Below, in pieces: positions 10,757-23,229 of a DNA stretch of 64,000 bases. The notes below the pieces were generated by a model, which was not told where the DNA came from, did no database searches, and saw only the letters and a list, made by a program, of their open reading frames with translations. The stretch covers positions 186,001 to 250,000 of the forward strand of contig JANJGN010000151.1 of NCBI GenBank assembly GCA_026770705.1. The letters are read 5' to 3'. Positions within the stretch are counted from its first letter, which is position 1, and every line of letters begins with the position of its first letter. This stretch comes from Isurus oxyrinchus. Taxonomy: Eukaryota. The translations under genes were made by a program, and so were the position numbers.

Positions 10757-12773
10757 TAGGCAAACAGAGAAATGAGGTGAACTATAAGCTGGCAGAGGTG
10801 GGTAGGACAGGTAGAGCTGGATTGGGGGACAGTGATAAGGAGGCAACGAAGAGATTGCCAAAGATGTCATAGGCAAAAGGACAAAGGGGTGTTGACGTTG
10901 GTGATATTATCTAAGGAATAGGGACCCTAAGGGTACCAAGCAGGACAAGCTAGTGGCAGATGGACATAATGGGTGTTGGGTGGGGGGAAGGGATTGAAAT
11001 GAGCGGAAAGGTGGAGATAAAACAATAGATCGAATTACATTTAAAAATAGGTGGGAAAAGAGAAATATATATGTTTTAAAATTATAATTTATGGGAAAAA
11101 GGGTGATCCGAAAGGGGGTGGGGATGGAAGAGAGAGTTCATGATCTGAAATTGTTGAACTGAATATTAAGTCCAGATGGCTATAAAGTGCCTAAAGTCGG
11201 AAGATGAGGTGCTGTTCCTCCAGTTTGTGTTGAGCTTCACTGGAACAATGCAACAGGCCAAGGACGGACATGTGGGCATGAGAGCAGGGTCGTGTGTTGA
11301 AATGGCAAGCGACAGGGAGGTCTGGGTCATGTTTGCAGACAGGCTGAATGTGTTCCACAAAGCGGTCACCCAGTCTCCGTTCCGTCTCTCCAAGGTGCAG
11401 GAGACCGCATTGGGGGCAGCGAATGCAATAGACTAAATTGAGGGATGTGCAAGTGAAGCACTGCTGCACTTGAACGGAGTCTTTGGGCTCTTGGACGGTG
11501 AGGAGGGGGGGAAGTAAAGGGGCAGGTGTTGCAACTTCTGCGGTTGCATGATAAGGTGCCGTGGGAAGGTGCTAAGGTGTAGGGGGTGATGGAGGAGTGG
11601 ACTAGGGTGTCCCAGAGGGAAAGATCCCTGCAGAAAGCCGCCAGGGGCAGTGAAGCACCCTCGATTTTCCACCCACGGTTGTTGACAAGGCCCTCAACAG
11701 TTCCGACCCATATCCTACGCATCCATCCTCACACTTTCCTCTCCCTCCCAGAACCATGATAGGGTCCTCCTTGTCCTCACTTATCACTCCACCAGCCTCT
11801 GCATTCAAAGGATCATCCTCCTCCAATTCCGCCAAAACCAGCATGATGCCACCATTAAACACATAATCCCTTCACTCCCCCGCTTGCTTTCCGCAGGGAT
11901 CATTCCCTCCGGGATACCGTGGTCCACTCCTCCATCACCCCCCTACACCCTCACCACCCTCCCACGGCACCCTTCCCATGCAACCGCAGAAGATACAACA
12001 CTTAACCCCTTCTCACCGTCCAAGGAGCCAAACGCTCCTTTCAAGCAGTGCTTCACTTGCACTTCCCCCAATTTAGTCTACTGCCTTTGCTGCTTCCAAT
12101 GCAGTTTCCTCTACATTGGAGAGACCAAACACAGACTGGGTGACCGCTTTGCAGAATACCTTTGGCCTGTCCGCAAGCATGACCCAGACCTCCCTGTCGC
12201 TTGCCATTTCTACACTCCACCCTGCTCCCATGCCCACATGTCCATCCTTGGCCTGCTGCAATGTTCCAGTGAAGTTCAACGCAAACTGGAGGAAGAACAT
12301 GTCATCTTCCGACTAGGTACTTTGCAGCCTTCTGGACTTAAAATTGAGTTCAACAATTTCAGATCATGAACTCTCTCTTCCATCTCCACCCCCTTTCCAA
12401 TACCCCCTTTTCCAATAACATATAATAAAAATATATTTTTCCCCACCTATTTTAAAATTTGTTTCGATCTATTTCTTTAATCTCCACCTTTCAGCCCATT
12501 TCGATCCGTTCCCCCTGCCCCACCCCCAAAAGGGCCATCTGCCACCAGCTTGTCCTGCTTGCTACCCTTAATATCCCCATGAGCACATTCCTTAGATAAT
12601 GTCACCACCGTCAACACCCCTTTGTCCTTTTGTCTATGACATCTTTGGCAATCTCTTCTTTGCCTCCACCTATCACTGCCCCCCCTACCCAGCTCTTTTT
12701 GTCCCACCACACCGCAGCCCCCCCCCCCCCCCACCCAACAGCATATATTACATCTCATTTCTCTTTTTCCTTA

Positions 12774-12810
12774 GTTCTGATGAAGAGTCATACGGAGTCG
12801 AAACGTCAAC
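12774..12810 (+). ncRNA. Minimal hammerhead ribozyme motif in Penelope terminus
   Basis: GUU CUGAUGA A GAGUC-auacg-GAGUC GAAA CGUC AAC; one stem II mismatch. Confidence 0.55.
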
Positions 12811-13455
12811 TGTCATTCCGCTTCGCAGATTCTGTCAGACCTGCTGAGTCTTTCTAGGTATTTTTGTTTTTGTTTCATCCGCAGTATTTTGCTTTTATAT
12901 TCATGATATCATACATTCGGATTCATCTGCAAGGAAGCGAACCAGTAGTAATATCCACTTCGAAAAGGATATAAGTCTGTCTCTCTAGAAGAGTTGCGGC
13001 ACTCACATATTCATTCCATACTGGGGACGAGCAGATTCGGGACAGGAGTATCAGGATTATTATATTATTCAATTAAAGGCCATTTTTTTCATGAATAACC
13101 TCTCGTATCCAGGGCTGAATCTATAGGCATCGGGGTTGGAGGGGTTGTGAATTAATACCCAAAGAAGTAGCAAAGGGCCATCTCCTTAAATCAAAGACTG
13201 AAAGAAGAAACTGTACACATTTTTTTTACCGAAAGGAGAAGGGATGATAAGAAAGAAGTCAGCAGGGAAATGCGTCGAAAAGGATAAGTGGGATTGAAGC
13301 ATTACATTGCCATTTACAAAGTTCGTTTTTATTATAAATTCAAATTTTAAAGACAAGCTAATGTAATTAGCTGTTCTTGTTGAATGTGATGATCTTTTGA
13401 AAAGGTCCGCGTGACCTCACATTCGAAGTAGAATTCTTCCTTTTTTGTGGGTGTG

Positions 13456-13476
13456 ACAGCGCCCTCTGCTGAGCGG
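13456..13476 (-). promoter_or_regulatory. RSS-proximal CTCF motif
   Basis: Minus strand cgcTCAGCAGAGGGCGCTgt, 21 bp past the nonamer. Confidence 0.75.
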
Positions 13477-13493
13477 TAATTGAAAAAACTGTG

Positions 13494-14040
13494 AGTTTTT
13501 GTCTTCGTTCCACGATCTCTCTGTAGCAGTGTATGGCTCATGGCACAGAAATACACGGCAGAGTGGGAAATCAATGTGTTGCCGATCGTTAGATCAGCGA
13601 TCTTGGCATTTCTAATTAAGCGAAGAAGAAAACCAATAATTGATATCGGCGCTCCTGTACACATTCTTTCGAACATGATAAAGCTTCCACTCTGGAGGCT
13701 GCCTGGGATGCTCACTGTGCCACTACACATAAAAGCTGCGATTGCTTGCTTTAAAAATGCAAGTTTGTGCAGCATTGATTTCCTCTTCATCCAGTATTTC
13801 ATGAACCGGCTGTTCTACTGTGCCTTGGTTGTCCCATTCTAACATTAAAGAAAAGTAAAAACAATAGTCAGCATCAGCTTCGTGTCGGTCAACATAATCA
13901 TCATCACCGCCATCACTATTATTTTAACAACAATGACATCTGGGTCACAGCAATCAGGAGGATAGTGGACTTTACCGGGAAGGAGATGCTTGCTGAGAAA
14001 TGATATAACAATGAAAAGCGGAGTGAAATTGTTCCCCTTG
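13494..14040 (-). pseudogene. TCR V pseudogene, family A (V exon 13534-13838)
   Basis: Start ATG->AAG, donor GT->GC, stop before WHS, SHSAVYFCAMSH; TACACTG-24-ACAAAAACT. Confidence 0.85.
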
Positions 14041-15080
14041 ATACGTCATGAGTCTGTAACTTACATGCAAAAAATCCTGTGTCAAAGCAGAAATACAGAC
14101 CCCCGCCCCACTGCAGTGCCCAGCCAAACAATGAGAAGAATGAACCAGCGCCAGCAATCGTTCCAATAACATAATCGGGTCAGAGAATGACCAGCTGTGG
14201 GCGGGGATACCGCAGACTCAATATTAAGTGAAGTGCGCGATAACTCTCAGCTGCTCTCTGAACTGAGGGAGCGGAAATAGCGACGGTTGAAATTTCACAA
14301 GTTTGTGACAATCCTGCAGCTGCTCACTGTTCAAGTGACAGAGAGCAAATAGAGCAGAAGAGGCATGAAGAAACTTGAATCATGTAATTTTAAACCACTG
14401 AATTAGATTATTTGCCATACCATCCCTGTGTCTGTTTGGAAGAGTTATCAAAACCGCCTTTCAACTCCTGCAGTTTCCGCATGAGGGGCAAGTTTTCTCA
14501 TTTTCAACTTGCAAACAATTTCTTTTTGAAGGTTCCGATTGAATGTTCTTCTTCCATCCTTTAGGTCGTGCATTTTAGGTTTCAACACAGTGTAATGAAT
14601 GAATTTCACCTTTTTGCTTATTTTTTCTTACATTTTCTTCTCTGAAAATGGGGTGTATGCGTTATCGAATTTTCTGCCACTGGGCACAATAATGCACGAT
14701 TTATTACATCAGATCTCTTATCATTTTGACTACTTCAATTAAGTATCTCCTTTAAATCCTTTCATAAAAGAATAACGCCAGTTTTCCTCGTCTGTTTACA
14801 TTTAAGGTAGCCACACTTAGTACCTGCCTCGTGCATTACTTCTAATGTGTAATATCTTATATATTATCATCCTATCTAAATAGTTTTTCCTTGATTTTCA
14901 AACAGTAATATAGAAAGAAATGCATTATTCTCTGGCATAAACACAAAAGAAAGCCTGAGTCTGATAAGCTCCAATTTCAATTCCTTGGAAACAATATCTG
15001 GCATGCTTGTTTTAATATGTATACCAATGAATTCCACAGCCACCCAAAGGCCCCATTCTCAACCAAATTGAACAGAATCT

Positions 15081-15150
15081 GCCAGCAGATGGCGCCAAGT
15101 TTATACATGTTGATTATAAAGTCACGCGTGACCAACACCAGAGCCAATAA
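15081..15150 (+). promoter_or_regulatory. Promoter of family-D V: CTCF motif, palindrome, CCAAT
   Basis: GCCAGCAGATGGCGCCA 15081-15097; GTCACGCGTGAC 15121-15132; gCCAAT 15143-15148. Confidence 0.65.
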
Positions 15151-15299
15151 GGATGGTAGCTTGAGTGAGGTCACGATGGGCCTGGCCCCCAGCAGTGTGT
15201 GGGTGGAACAATGAGTTAAACAAAGCCCGGTTTTCCTACCTTCTTCTCACTCTCTAAATCATTCCATTCACATTGAGAGCGAGAGAGATTCACTCAGAC

Positions 15300-15820
15300 A
15301 TGTTCCTGATAATACTGGATAGTAAGTATTGGACTGTGTTCATCAAGGCAAGTTAGCAGATTGATGCAAAGAGTTTGCAATAGGATGTAATGCGATTAGA
15401 CATCTTGATAGGTGGGAATTTGCACATACAGATAGATGCAGGTTTAGATTGAACCTTGTGCTTTTTTGTACCTCTAACTCCACAGGCGGACTATTTGCAG
15501 ATCCAGTGACTCAGTCTCCACTGACAACAACCGTGTTAGATGGGGGTTCTGTGCAGTTACATTGTGAATATAAAACCCTGGATATTGAGTATATGCAATG
15601 GCATCGGCAGAAGCCTGCACAGACTCCAGGCTGGATAATCAGCAGGACAGTAGTGCTGAAAGAAGACAAAATCTGAGGGCAATATCTGGCGGCTGCTGAC
15701 AGGTCTACAAGGTCTGGTTACCTCAATATAAGTGGACTGAGTGTGGAGAAGGACAGCGTGGTCTATTACTGTGTAGTGAGGCACAGCGCCAGATAACAGC
15801 CACGACGCTGTACAAAAATC
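15300..15820 (+). pseudogene. TCR V pseudogene, family D (short leader 15300-15321, V 15486-15781, RSS 15782-15820)
   Basis: DPVTQSP..VQLHC..QWHRQKP..KI*GQY..DSVVYYCVVR; single TGA at 15674; CACAGCG-23-ACAAAAATC. Confidence 0.9.
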
Positions 15821-16502
15821 TCAGCAAATATTTACAAGACCGTTAAGTATGCTTCCGCACTATTACCGGCAGGAACTTTGATCCCAACAAAGCCTAGGAG
15901 AAAGATTGGCAGGTTTGTCTCTCAAACAGTTGCATTACTCTTTTGGTCCTTGTCCAGGGAAACAGGGAACCTGTATGGAAATATTGAGAACTAACTCAAT
16001 GCCTCGAGTTACATCTCCTCAGAAAATATCTCTGAGATCACCCGGAATATTAATGCACCAACAGAGCGAGAGAAAGTTATCAGACATGTAGAAACTGCAG
16101 CCTAACGTTACTACCTTTTTTTCCAGACCGTTAACCCAGAAGGATCCAGGGACTCTTAATCTCTCCCATTCCCTCGTGCCTGTAACAAAGCACAGAATGT
16201 GCCAAAGTCTAGAACCGGACTTAAACATGAAATACCCAATGATTATTTAAACATAGGCCCACCACACAGAAGTTCAGAAAGGAACGTATGGAACATATGG
16301 TGTTTGATTTCTATTTTGACAGGAAATAAATTAATGCTAAATGGATGTTGACCCTTCTGGTCTGATTTTGTAGCGTGAACAATGATCAGGGCAGGATTCA
16401 CTTATTGGGAGACGGAGGGCCCTTTTCCAGGGAGATTGTTATCAAACTCCCAGCTCTTTGATAAGGGCACAGGCTACAAACTGTCACCCACCTCCCTCAG
16501 GA

Positions 16503-16770
16503 GGCTTTTCTATGATCCTTACTGCGAGGTGACACATTGTGCCTCAAAGAAACAGAAATAGCGTCTGTCACTCGAGCGTCGCCAACATTCTGAGCTCTTC
16601 ACTACGCTAAATTAGGCCAAGCCTTGATCTTGTTCCGATTGCTGGTACTTCTCACCAGGTGCTGCATTGTTCTGTCCGGATATCGTCTGATCCGTCCTGC
16701 TACTTTGGTAAAACAGATCAATGATGCAATGTCTCCTTCTGCAACAACCGCTGACTGTCATACTCCATTA
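16503..16770 (-). pseudogene. Decayed TCR V exon, family F
   Basis: Homologous to 47936-48199 (acgctcgagtgacagac, aatgcagcacctgg); CACAATG 16535-16541, 23-bp spacer, AGAAAAGCC. Confidence 0.75.
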
Positions 16771-16921
16771 CTGCCAGTTGCATGAGATATAATGTACGTA
16801 ATTTGTAAAAAAAAAGCGCAATTCTATATAACATACAATAATAAAATACAAAATAACAAAATACAAGATGATAGAATACTGGAAAATGCAATCCAACAGA
16901 ATATAGCATAATTATATTTCT

Positions 16922-16940
16922 ACACACACACACACACACA

Positions 16941-16983
<43 letters not shown>

Positions 16984-17000
16984 AGATACACACATACATA
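16922..17000 (+). repeat. (CA)n microsatellite
   Basis: Direct reading. Confidence 0.95.
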
Positions 17001-17039
17001 TATTTCGAAAACAGGCAAATAGTGAAATTTGAATTCAAT

Positions 17040-17270
17040 ACAAATCTGGGAATATGTCCATGAAACGACTGTCGGTTGTCTTAAAAAGCATCTGGTTCAT
17101 TTATGCTCTTTAGGGCAGGAAATCTGCCATCCTTATTTGGCCTGACCAACATGTGACTCTGGTCCCACAGCAATGTGGTTGACTCTCAAATGCCCTTTCA
17201 TCAAGGTCAATTAGGGAGGGATGGGCAATAACTGGTGGCCTAGACAGCGACGCCTACATCCCATAAACGA
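17040..17270 (+). mobile_element. SINE fragment
   Basis: Matches the 3' part of 38540-38910. Confidence 0.7.
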
Positions 17271-18659
17271 ATAATATATATTATACTGTACAACATAATA
17301 TATAATATAATATTATAATATACTGTTAGACTATATGTATTACAATATATGTGATATTATAGGCACTTAATGATGTGTGCTGCACTCACATAGACGATAG
17401 AGTGTGAAATCCAGAATTGCCACCATTTCGTGTCCTATCAACTTGGGTAAATTAACTGTCGGCAGATCCAGGCCAGGGTAGCTGCTTCTGGAGAAGTCAG
17501 TGCTGTTGTGCATCAATCTTAACGAACACCAGAACACTGTGCCCGCTAGAAGCAGACTTCTGGGACTCCACCTCACAGTGTTAACTGTGAGGGAGGTTCT
17601 TGCTCAGCTTTGGTTGAAAGTGGGAGGGGCGTTCGCCTCGTCATCCTGAATCAGACCGAATAATGAAAACAGAGAGAACACAAAGACTGAACAATGATCT
17701 CTGAGATCCTCCCAAAGGTGTTCATTTAAACCAGGTCAGCAGGTGGCGGTGCCGATTCGTTGTGTCTGCCACTGGCCATATTGCCCCAAAGAATGCTGAC
17801 TGGCATTTGCTTTCATCTAAATTAACGAAAAAAAATATTTCAGCCCTTCGATTTGAACTCATAACATTCTATCTTTGCTAATGCCAATAATTTCATGGTT
17901 TACTTGATTACAAATAAGCTAGCTACTCAACTTGAAAGTTTGAAATTAAATACATTTGCCATTAGGAATTACAATTCCGATTGGGTTGGGATTTTTCGGT
18001 CATCCAAAGTCTGCTTTTGCCCGCACACTTCAATCCGAGATCAATGGTGAAGGCATTTGCAGTTAAATAATAACATTGGAGTTCATTTCGTGAACCTGGG
18101 GCTAACATGGTTCTCATAGAGAGGTGGAGCTACATCATTTTCAATGGGCATATTATTATAGAGGCAACGTCCTCAAGCTCGTTTTGTGCATGTGCTGTAC
18201 AGGCAAAGGCTGCAATTAAGCAGCGACGACAGATATGATATCCTTTTGGCCCTGCCAATGTTAAGATATCATGAAAAGGTAACCTTTCCTGTCAGTATCC
18301 AAGGTGTTCTCGACAGAATTCCCTGTAAATTGGAGGCCCGTGGATTCCCGGATCTCTTTCACATTCATCTGCAGTTATTATAGCAACACCAACAGGTCTG
18401 TGTGGTTTCCATTTTACCTTGTTAGTGTTCAATGTTTAAGGAAATTCTACATTTTGTTTCAGCTGCTTTAATTGTTTGTATTCACCACCTCCCCCAACCC
18501 CAACACCGCCGCCACCTCCCTCCCCCTCCACCTCCCCACGACCACCGCCCCCCCTCACCCCTCCGTGCCCCACAACACCCCCCCCCCCCCCCCCCCCACC
18601 CCTTGGCTGGGAGAATCCGTTTACTGGCAGCGATAATGCTGACGTCTCCCTTGAATTCA

Positions 18660-19655
18660 CAAAATCACAGTATCACAGAGTGCAGAAGAGGCCCTTCGGC
18701 CCATCGATTCTGCACCAACACCGAGAAAAACCTGACCAACCTAGCTAATCCCATTTACCAGTACGTCGCCCATAGCCTTGTATGTTATGACGTGCCAAGC
18801 GCTCATCCAGGTATTTAGATCCATAAAACCAGAGAAAAATTACAGCACAGAAGGAGGCCATTCGGCCCATCTTGTCCATGCCAGCCCGAGGACATCCAGG
18901 TGCCCTTTCTAATCACACCGTTTTGCACCCCGCCCATAGCCCTGCAGCTTACAGCACTTTAGGTGCAGTTGCAGGTACTTTTTAAAAGGGTTTAAAGTTT
19001 CTGCGTCTACTACCAACTTGGGCAGCGAATTCCTGACAACTACTACTCTTGTTAAAGTATATGAGACAACCCGCGTTCACCACCCTCCCAAGGAGTGCAT
19101 TCCAGACGTCACCACCCTCTGGGTAAAAAAAAAATCCTCACATCCCCCCTAAACCTCCAACCCCTCACCTTGAACTTATGCCCCCTTGTGACTGACCCTT
19201 CAACTAAGGGGAACAGCTCCTCCCTATCCACCCTGTCCATGCCCCTCATAATCTTGAACATCTCGATCCAGTCGCCCCTCAGTCTTCTCTGCTCCAACGA
19301 AAACAACCCAAGTCTATCCAAAACAAAAACAGAATTACCTGGAAAAACTCAGGAGGTCTGGCAGCATCAGCGGAGAAGAAAAGAGTTGACGTTTCGAGTC
19401 CTCATGACCCTTCGACAGAACTTGATTTCGAGTCCAAGAAAGAGTTGAAATATAAGCTGGTTTAAGGTGTGTGTGTGGGGGGCGGAGAGATAGAGAGAGA
19501 GAGAGGTGGTTGTGTGGACAAACAAGCAGTGATAGAAGCAGATCATTAAAAGATGTCAGCGACAATGGTACAATATATCCAACCTCTCTTCATAACTTAA
19601 ATATTTCATCCCAGGCAAAATCCAGGTAAATCTCCTTTGCATCCTCTCCAGTTCG
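18660..19655 (-). mobile_element. Nested CR1 3' fragments, interrupted by a Penelope terminus (19321-19575)
   Basis: LGLFSLEQRRLRGD..TRGHKFK; Penelope end with CUGUCGA..GAAACGUC motif flanked by a tatcca duplication. Confidence 0.82.
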
Positions 19656-20489
19656 GTAGTCCCAAGTGCCTGAAAAGGTAAACTTGCTGACTCACTGCTC
19701 AGTCCAATGACCTTCCACTGGAAAAATAGGTCTGGATCCACTTTGTCTGGACAAATTTGAACACAGAGCCGCAGTGGGTGAAGGTTGGTTTCGGGCAGAT
19801 TGTGAAGACTTGACTGGGCCACCAAAGTGAATTGTCACCAATTGCTTTTGACGTTTGCAAACTGCAACCAGCCCGAATATCGGACGTGTGGTTGAGGAAC
19901 ACGTCAGCCACCTGGTTAGATGCCGGAGAACAAACAGGTAGGAGGCTGCCACGTTAGCCATTCTCTGGAAAATTAAAAGATCAAAAAGTGAATCGATCAA
20001 CGATAAGAGAAGATTTTCCAGAGAACTGATCTTGCTGGAATTTCGTAAATGATTTGCAGGTCATGGGGGAAAAGTGCTGATTCTGGCTTAGCTACTCTCA
20101 CAGAGGGCTGGCACGGATAAGATGCGATGAATGGCCTTTCTCTGTGCTGTAACCACGCCATAATTTTATGATTCTAATCACTGTCATGAAGTATGATGTA
20201 TCCAATTGGGACATTCATTTTATCTTCATGTGGCTATTCTGGGAGACTGGGTTGGAAAATGAAGCTATTGAAAGTTTTGCATGTTTGCCCTGCATTAACA
20301 GAGGTCCATGGTGAGGGCCGGATACCCCAACTTTAATTCTCAATGTATTTTGAAAGTATATCAATCACAGTCAGCAATCTACCTCTGTTTCTATCCCCAC
20401 AGCAGCTTTTCCTGAATGATCCTCAGGAAGCGATGTCGAAGGATTAAAATCTGATACTAATCACTGGGCAAGGCAAGTGAATGAAAGGT

Positions 20490-20640
20490 CTGGAAGATGG
20501 GGAAAGGGATATTAAAATATAAATGATGAATACACCCTGAGATGATATTTCTGAAGATGGGGAAAGGAATATTAAAATATGAAGGAAAGATAGACGCTGA
20601 GAAGTGAATTCTGAAGATGGGGAAAGGATACTAAAATATG
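20490..20640 (+). repeat. 60-bp tandem repeat (~2.5 units)
   Basis: ctg(g)aagatggggaaagg.atattaaaatat recurring at 60-bp period. Confidence 0.85.
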
Positions 20641-21089
20641 ACGAAAATATGTGATGAGCTGTGTTTTCTGAAGCCATTCATTGTATCGAGGGTGGGGATC
20701 GATGATAAAGGAGCGAAAGACAATTCAAACCCCTTTTATTTTGCTTCTCCCTGCACCACATCTTCTTCTAACCTGAACGAGAGTTGTAAGGACAGTTTTT
20801 CATGCACTATGGGTGTTAGTTCTTGTTAATGAGTATTCAGCCTGCATCTCACCCTGGGAGCTTTGGACCCGCTCGGAGTGTTCTGTCTTCAGTAACTGGA
20901 TGTGGAGAGTCAATGCGATGCAATCTCATTTACAAATGCGAAGGTTATGGAGGTTATGGGTTTCTAAATATATCCTTACTTGTACAGAGAGGCAGAATTC
21001 ACCACTGAGTTTCTAACAAAGTTTTAAGTATAAACTGCAGCAGGGGTCAGTGCTCGAAATGTTGTTTAAATTATAGGGAGAGCTTTTCT

Positions 21090-21420
21090 TTTACTCATTC
21101 ACGGGGTGTGGACTTCGCTGTCTCGGCCAGCATTTACTGCCCATCCATACTTGCTATTGAGAAAGTGATGGTGAGCTGCTCCTTGAACTGCTGTAGTCCA
21201 GGTGGTGTAGGTACATCCAGAGTGCTGTAAGGAAAGAAGTTCCAGGATTTTCATCCAGCGGCAGTGAAGGAACGGTGATATATTTCCATGTTAGAATGGT
21301 GAGTGACTCGGAGGGGAACTTCCAGATGGTGGTACTCCCATCTATCCGCTGCCTTGTCCTTCTAGATGGCAATGGTCGTGGGTTTGGAAGGTGCGGTCGA
21401 AGGAGCCTTGGTGAATTGCT
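21090..21420 (-). mobile_element. LINE (L2/CR1-group) 3' end
   Basis: Same sequence as 42930-43260. Confidence 0.7.
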
Positions 21421-21953
21421 CTATGTTAATTCCTCTAGGTTTGCTCAAGTACTTGTTCAGTAACAACATATATCACCGTTATAAATCACTGAGACAAAAC
21501 ACAGAATCGTTCTTAGCTCAATAGTTAACTGACACTTGAGGGAAATCTCAGCGGAGTCACTGTTCCGACTCTCCTTCTGGTCAGGTCAGCCTTGAGTTTT
21601 CCAGTTACAATAATCAGCCACTGTTACATCGGTAGCTAAATCTGAAACATTCCCCCTATGAGCACACTAAATATCGTCCAGCTTTGGGAATTTAAATACA
21701 CTGACAACCAGAACACCACCCTCGGCTTCCAAAGCTGAGCCATTCCCCCTATAAAGGCACTGAACATTGTCCAGTTCGGTGTGTTTACATTCACTGAGGA
21801 CCAGCTCACCAACTACCGCTCTCACAGCACCACTGAGGACATAAGGAAGTGAGGTGAGAACACCCTGAGACACGACAGCATATTAATGATGAAGGGGTTT
21901 AGAACAGGTGTCTTCAAATATTCAACTCCCCTTTTACGGAGCAGACAGCGACA

Positions 21954-22451
21954 ATGCGGCAGCTCAGCCTCTGGGTTCTGTGGGGAGCATTACTGACAGG
22001 TAATCGAGGACCACACACATTTCATCTTCATCTTTCACATTTTCCGCACATCCTTTAAATGTTAAATACCCGCTGGTCTGATTTATTTTCTGTTTCAACA
22101 TGTTCAGAACTAATTCATGGAGATTTTGTAAGAGCAGCTGCCCTCAGATGCTCAGGCAAAAGGCGAAGTGGTGACTTTAAGCTGTAGCTATCATACGACA
22201 AAAAACAGCTCTTGGCTATACTGATATAGGCTACAGCTAGACGCCCAGCTCGGGTTTTTATTGCTGAAATCCACGAGCGGTTATGAAGAAAAAACAAATT
22301 TTGCCCAAATCCGTTTCCCAGTCGAGTTCCAGTCCTCCACGAAATTCACCAGTTGAACCATCTCGGGTCTGCAGCTGACTGACGCTGCCGTGTATTGCTG
22401 CACTCTCACACTCACAGTGATGGAAAACAGTCTCACCCCTGTGCGCAAACT
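21954..22451 (+). pseudogene. TCR (delta-like) V pseudogene, family E (leader 21954-21999, V 22108-22412, RSS 22413-22451)
   Basis: MRQLSLWVLWGALLT|gtaat; frameshift; LSCSY..LY*YR..ISGLQLTDAAVYCCTLT; CACAGTG-23-GCGCAAACT. Confidence 0.9.
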
Positions 22452-22487
22452 GTCTTTGAACTGTGACTCGGAACTCCTGTCCATTTG

Positions 22488-22660
22488 GGTTTATGTGTAG
22501 AATCTCGGGCAGATGCAGCCACAATGTTCAGCGATGCTATCGGCCATTCAAACACAAACCGAGAGGAAACCACATTCACCTCGGATCAAACTGTCACCCA
22601 ACAGTTTCCTAGCGGCTGAGAAAACAAACTGCAGATTCCAATCCGACTGAATCTGCAAAG
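22488..22660 (+). repeat. Locus-specific RSS-like repeat (copy 2)
   Basis: GGTTTATGT-12-gcagatg-cagc-CACAATG-25-ACACAAACC. Confidence 0.8.
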
Positions 22661-22839
22661 AAGCATATTTGAGGACAGCAGTTCTAATCCTCAATACCCT
22701 GCTGCCGTGTCTCAGGACTCTCTCAGGTCGCTTCCTTGTGTATACAGTGATGGTGGTGAGCTGGCTGCTGACCACAAGCTGGGCTATCGTCCTGATAAGG
22801 GAGTGTTTGCATGTTTAGAGACCAAGCCGATGGAGGGAA

Positions 22840-23220
22840 TGAAACTCTCCAGTTCAATGCTATGCACTGTCCTTCCAGAATGTCAATTCAGATGGACACG
22901 GTACTCATTCATGTAAGACAAATGCAGAAAGTTTCGAAAGTCTGAGCAACATTATTTATGGAAGCGAGACCCATTATTTAAGCATATACTGAAAGAGTAG
23001 GAAGACCGTTATTATCAGTAGTAAGGGAACATAGGGAGAACAAGGTGTCTGGTTTGGAGTTCGACAGAAAATCAGAGAATGTTCCAAATATGTTGTTCCT
23101 TCTGATATTAAAGTGTAACTCAGATCAGGATCAGGCTTCACTTACTGAGAAACTGAAGGGATTTCCCAGGCATACGACTGGCTGGTTTATCAGGAATGAT
23201 GACGCTTATGTTCTCCAAAA
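22840..23220 (-). pseudogene. Family-B promoter/leader/5' V remnant
   Basis: Aligns to 2710-3100. Confidence 0.65.
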
Positions 23221-23229
23221 CGTAGTTTG

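Larger units (their letters stand above)
10658..12903. mobile_element. Penelope-like retroelement with inverted ~1-kb arms and 12-bp TSD
   Basis: GIY-YIG motif FTCTS.NLVYC..C..C..LYIGETK.RLGDRF.EH on both strands (11191-11469 -, 11884-12369 +); TGATATCATACA at 10646-10657 and 12904-12915. Confidence 0.9.

Noticed and set aside
18432-18818. Proline-rich and other low-complexity ORFs (also 23297, 28143, 38210-39378)
   Set aside because: Arise from C/G runs and CT/GA-rich simple repeats
19670-19965. Possible decayed V on minus strand (acceptor, KVIGLSSES)
   Set aside because: No recognisable Cys/Trp/YYC or RSS; too weak to call
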